Shown here: positions 62,215 through 64,000 of the stretch, piece by piece | Numbering within the stretch: the first letter of the stretch is position 1 | Layout of the letters: each line of letters opens with the position of its first letter | Assembly (NCBI GenBank): GCA_029907515.1 | Contig: JARYLT010000004.1 | Span: 1,746 to 65,745 of the forward strand | Direction of reading: 5' to 3' | DNA from: Spirochaetota bacterium | Lineage (GTDB): Bacteria; Spirochaetota; UBA4802; UB4802 | Length of the DNA stretch: 64,000 nucleotides | Notes under the pieces: generated by a model | Databases searched by the model: none | The model's input: only the letters and a program-made list of their open reading frames with translations | What the model was told of the DNA's origin: nothing | Position numbers and translations under genes: made by a program

Positions 62215-62913
62215 TTATTCGTCTCTACCACCTAAGAGTCCAGCCCTTATGAGGAAATACAACAGTGTCATTATTGCTGATGCTGCAGCAGCCACATACG
62301 TCATTGCAGCAGCGGATAGTACTTTGCTAACCCCTGTAAGCTCGCCTGCACTCACAATGCCATAACCTTGTAATATTTCTTTTGCACGTGATGAAGCATT
62401 AAATTCTACCGGTAGCGTAATAAGCTGAAAGAATACGACCAGGCTAAAAAGCAAAATTCCCAGTTTAACAAGCCCTAATGAACCCATAACAAAGCCTGCA
62501 AAAATAATTATCCATGAAAGGTTTGAACCAATGGACGCGGTTGGTGCTATGGCATTGCGCAGAACAAGAGGCCTGTATAGTTTAGCATGCTGAATAGCGT
62601 GACCAGTTTCATGTGCTGCCACACCAATTGCAGCAAGTGAATTGCTATTATATACTTCAGGTGAAAGCCTGACTACTTTCTTTATGGGGTCATAATGGTC
62701 TGATAAAAAACCTGTGGTTTCTTCAACCGGGATATGTGATAATCCATTTTGCTGTAAAATCATACGTGCCACATCTGCTCCTGTATGTCCGGATCGTGAT
62801 GGAATTTGAGAATATTTTTTAAAAGCACTTTTTACCCTGAACGAAGCCCACAGTGAAATTAGAAGAACAGGTGCCATCATCATCCAGTATAAGGGGTCAA
62901 TTCCCAAAAGCAT
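62215..62913 (-). CDS. Membrane zinc metallopeptidase (Zn_peptidase_2 / YpfJ-like family)
   Basis: 232 aa. HETGHAIQH (HExxH) between TM helices. Confidence 0.8.
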   Translation of the reverse strand: MLLGIDPLYWMMMAPVLLISLWASFRVKSAFKKYSQIPSRSGHTGADVARMILQQNGLSHIPVEETTGFLSDHYDPIKKVVRLSPEVYNSNSLAAIGVAAHETGHAIQHAKLYRPLVLRNAIAPTASIGSNLSWIIIFAGFVMGSLGLVKLGILLFSLVVFFQLITLPVEFNASSRAKEILQGYGIVSAGELTGVSKVLSAAAMTYVAAAASAIMTLLYFLIRAGLLGGRDE

Positions 62914-63264
62914 GTGTTACCTCCTGAAAAGTTTTTAATGTTCTAACATATTCCTTACTTTCATTGAACGTATGTTGCCTTTAAATGCATGCAGTGTATA
63001 ATATACAAAATATTGAGGCATTTGCAAAGTATTTTTGTATCAATCCTTTTGTTTTTGTTACAAAATTATTCCATGACGATTTATATCGATGTTTTATGTT
63101 TGACAGTTACCATAAATAGTATATATTGTTATATACGTTAATGTGTGCATGGTATTGTACACATACATAGGTACTATCGCATATCCCCGACATCATATGC
63201 GGAAAATTATACTATCCATTGTGTACCGGGAAATACTAAAAGGTTATTAAAAGGAACTATCGCC

Positions 63265-64000
63265 ATGAAAAAATTCTTGCCGCTTCTTATGATTATTGCC
63301 ATTGCATGCAGTTCTTTACCAGATACAAAGACCGAAACTATCACCAGGCCAGTATATAAAGAAACATCGTTTGAACTGTACAGCAAGGCATTACTATTAA
63401 AAAATGAAAAAAAATATACTGAAGCTATCAAACTCTTTGAAGAAGCCAGCAAAGAAGGTACTCAGTTAGATGCTATTTACTATCAAATTGCAGAATGTTA
63501 TTATTATCAGTATGATTATGCTAAAGCGATAGAATATGCTAATAAATCAATTGCAGTAAATGAAAACTGGGATAAGCCGTATGTGTTGCAGTATTCGGTA
63601 TACATGAATCTGAACCAGGCTGATGAAGGCGTTACGGTCCTTGAAAAGCTGTTGCAGAAAAGGCCTGAACTGTACCGGATACGGTTTAATGTAGCAACTG
63701 TCTATTATTCACAGTTAAAACAGAATGTCAGAGCACGGTATCATTTTTTAAAAGTTATAGAACAGAGCGAATGTGAATCAATTGAATCATACTATAAAGA
63801 ACAATCGTATTATTATTTAGGGCACATATATTATAGTTTTGGCGAATTTAAAAAAGCGTATCACTATTTTTTAAAAGCGTATAACGAAAATCCGGAAAAT
63901 TATTCCATGTTGTATATACTGGGGCTTCTGAATCTGGAGAAAGGTGATATAAAACAGGCAATAAGTTATATTATACAATACCTTGACCGATATCCCAATG
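63265..64000 (+). CDS. TPR-repeat lipoprotein (3' end lies outside the window)
   Basis: MKKFLPLLMIIAIACSS lipobox, followed by repeated TPR-like A..Y/F helices (EAIKLFEEA, IAECYYYQYDYAKAIEYANKSI, LGHIYYSFGEFKKAYHYFLKAY). The frame stays open to the window end. It is not in the track because no stop codon falls inside the window. Confidence 0.75.
   Translation, partial: MKKFLPLLMIIAIACSSLPDTKTETITRPVYKETSFELYSKALLLKNEKKYTEAIKLFEEASKEGTQLDAIYYQIAECYYYQYDYAKAIEYANKSIAVNENWDKPYVLQYSVYMNLNQADEGVTVLEKLLQKRPELYRIRFNVATVYYSQLKQNVRARYHFLKVIEQSECESIESYYKEQSYYYLGHIYYSFGEFKKAYHYFLKAYNENPENYSMLYILGLLNLEKGDIKQAISYIIQYLDRYPN

Noticed and set aside
63207-63452. 81-aa minus-strand ORF
   Set aside because: It is antisense to the well-supported TPR lipoprotein gene that starts at 63265.

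Overview
The window is AT-rich bacterial chromosome (about 37-38 % G+C, judged by eye). The first 27.7 kb is one co-directional block of core gene-expression genes. It runs from the rplL 3' end through rpoB, rpoC, rpsL, rpsG, fusA and tuf, then the S10, spc and alpha ribosomal-protein clusters ending at rplQ, and includes secY, map, infA and an untracked rpmJ. There is no adk in this block. EF-Tu has spirochaete-like sequence signatures, but lineage cannot be fixed without a database search. The remaining 36 kb is a mixed accessory and housekeeping region. It holds envelope and lipoprotein genes, truA and a decayed IS66-like remnant inside a 1.3 kb non-coding island. It also holds a TonB-dependent receptor followed by a CooC-like ATPase, a TrmO/YaeB-like protein and a FecBCD-type ABC importer. 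A queE / atypical radical-SAM / small-ORF operon, a bactofilin plus LysM-M23 pair, glyS, a C69 peptidase, a 7TMR-DISM chemoreceptor and several structured repeat regions complete it. The most unusual signal is at the DNA level. The word ACTATCGC(C), extended consensus GTAACTATCGCCCA, occurs at least 22 times, equally on both strands, in every reading frame and in intergenic DNA, which resembles an uptake-sequence or other genome-wide signal word. I found no rRNA, tRNA or CRISPR. All functional calls rest on recognising motifs in the translations and no search was run.
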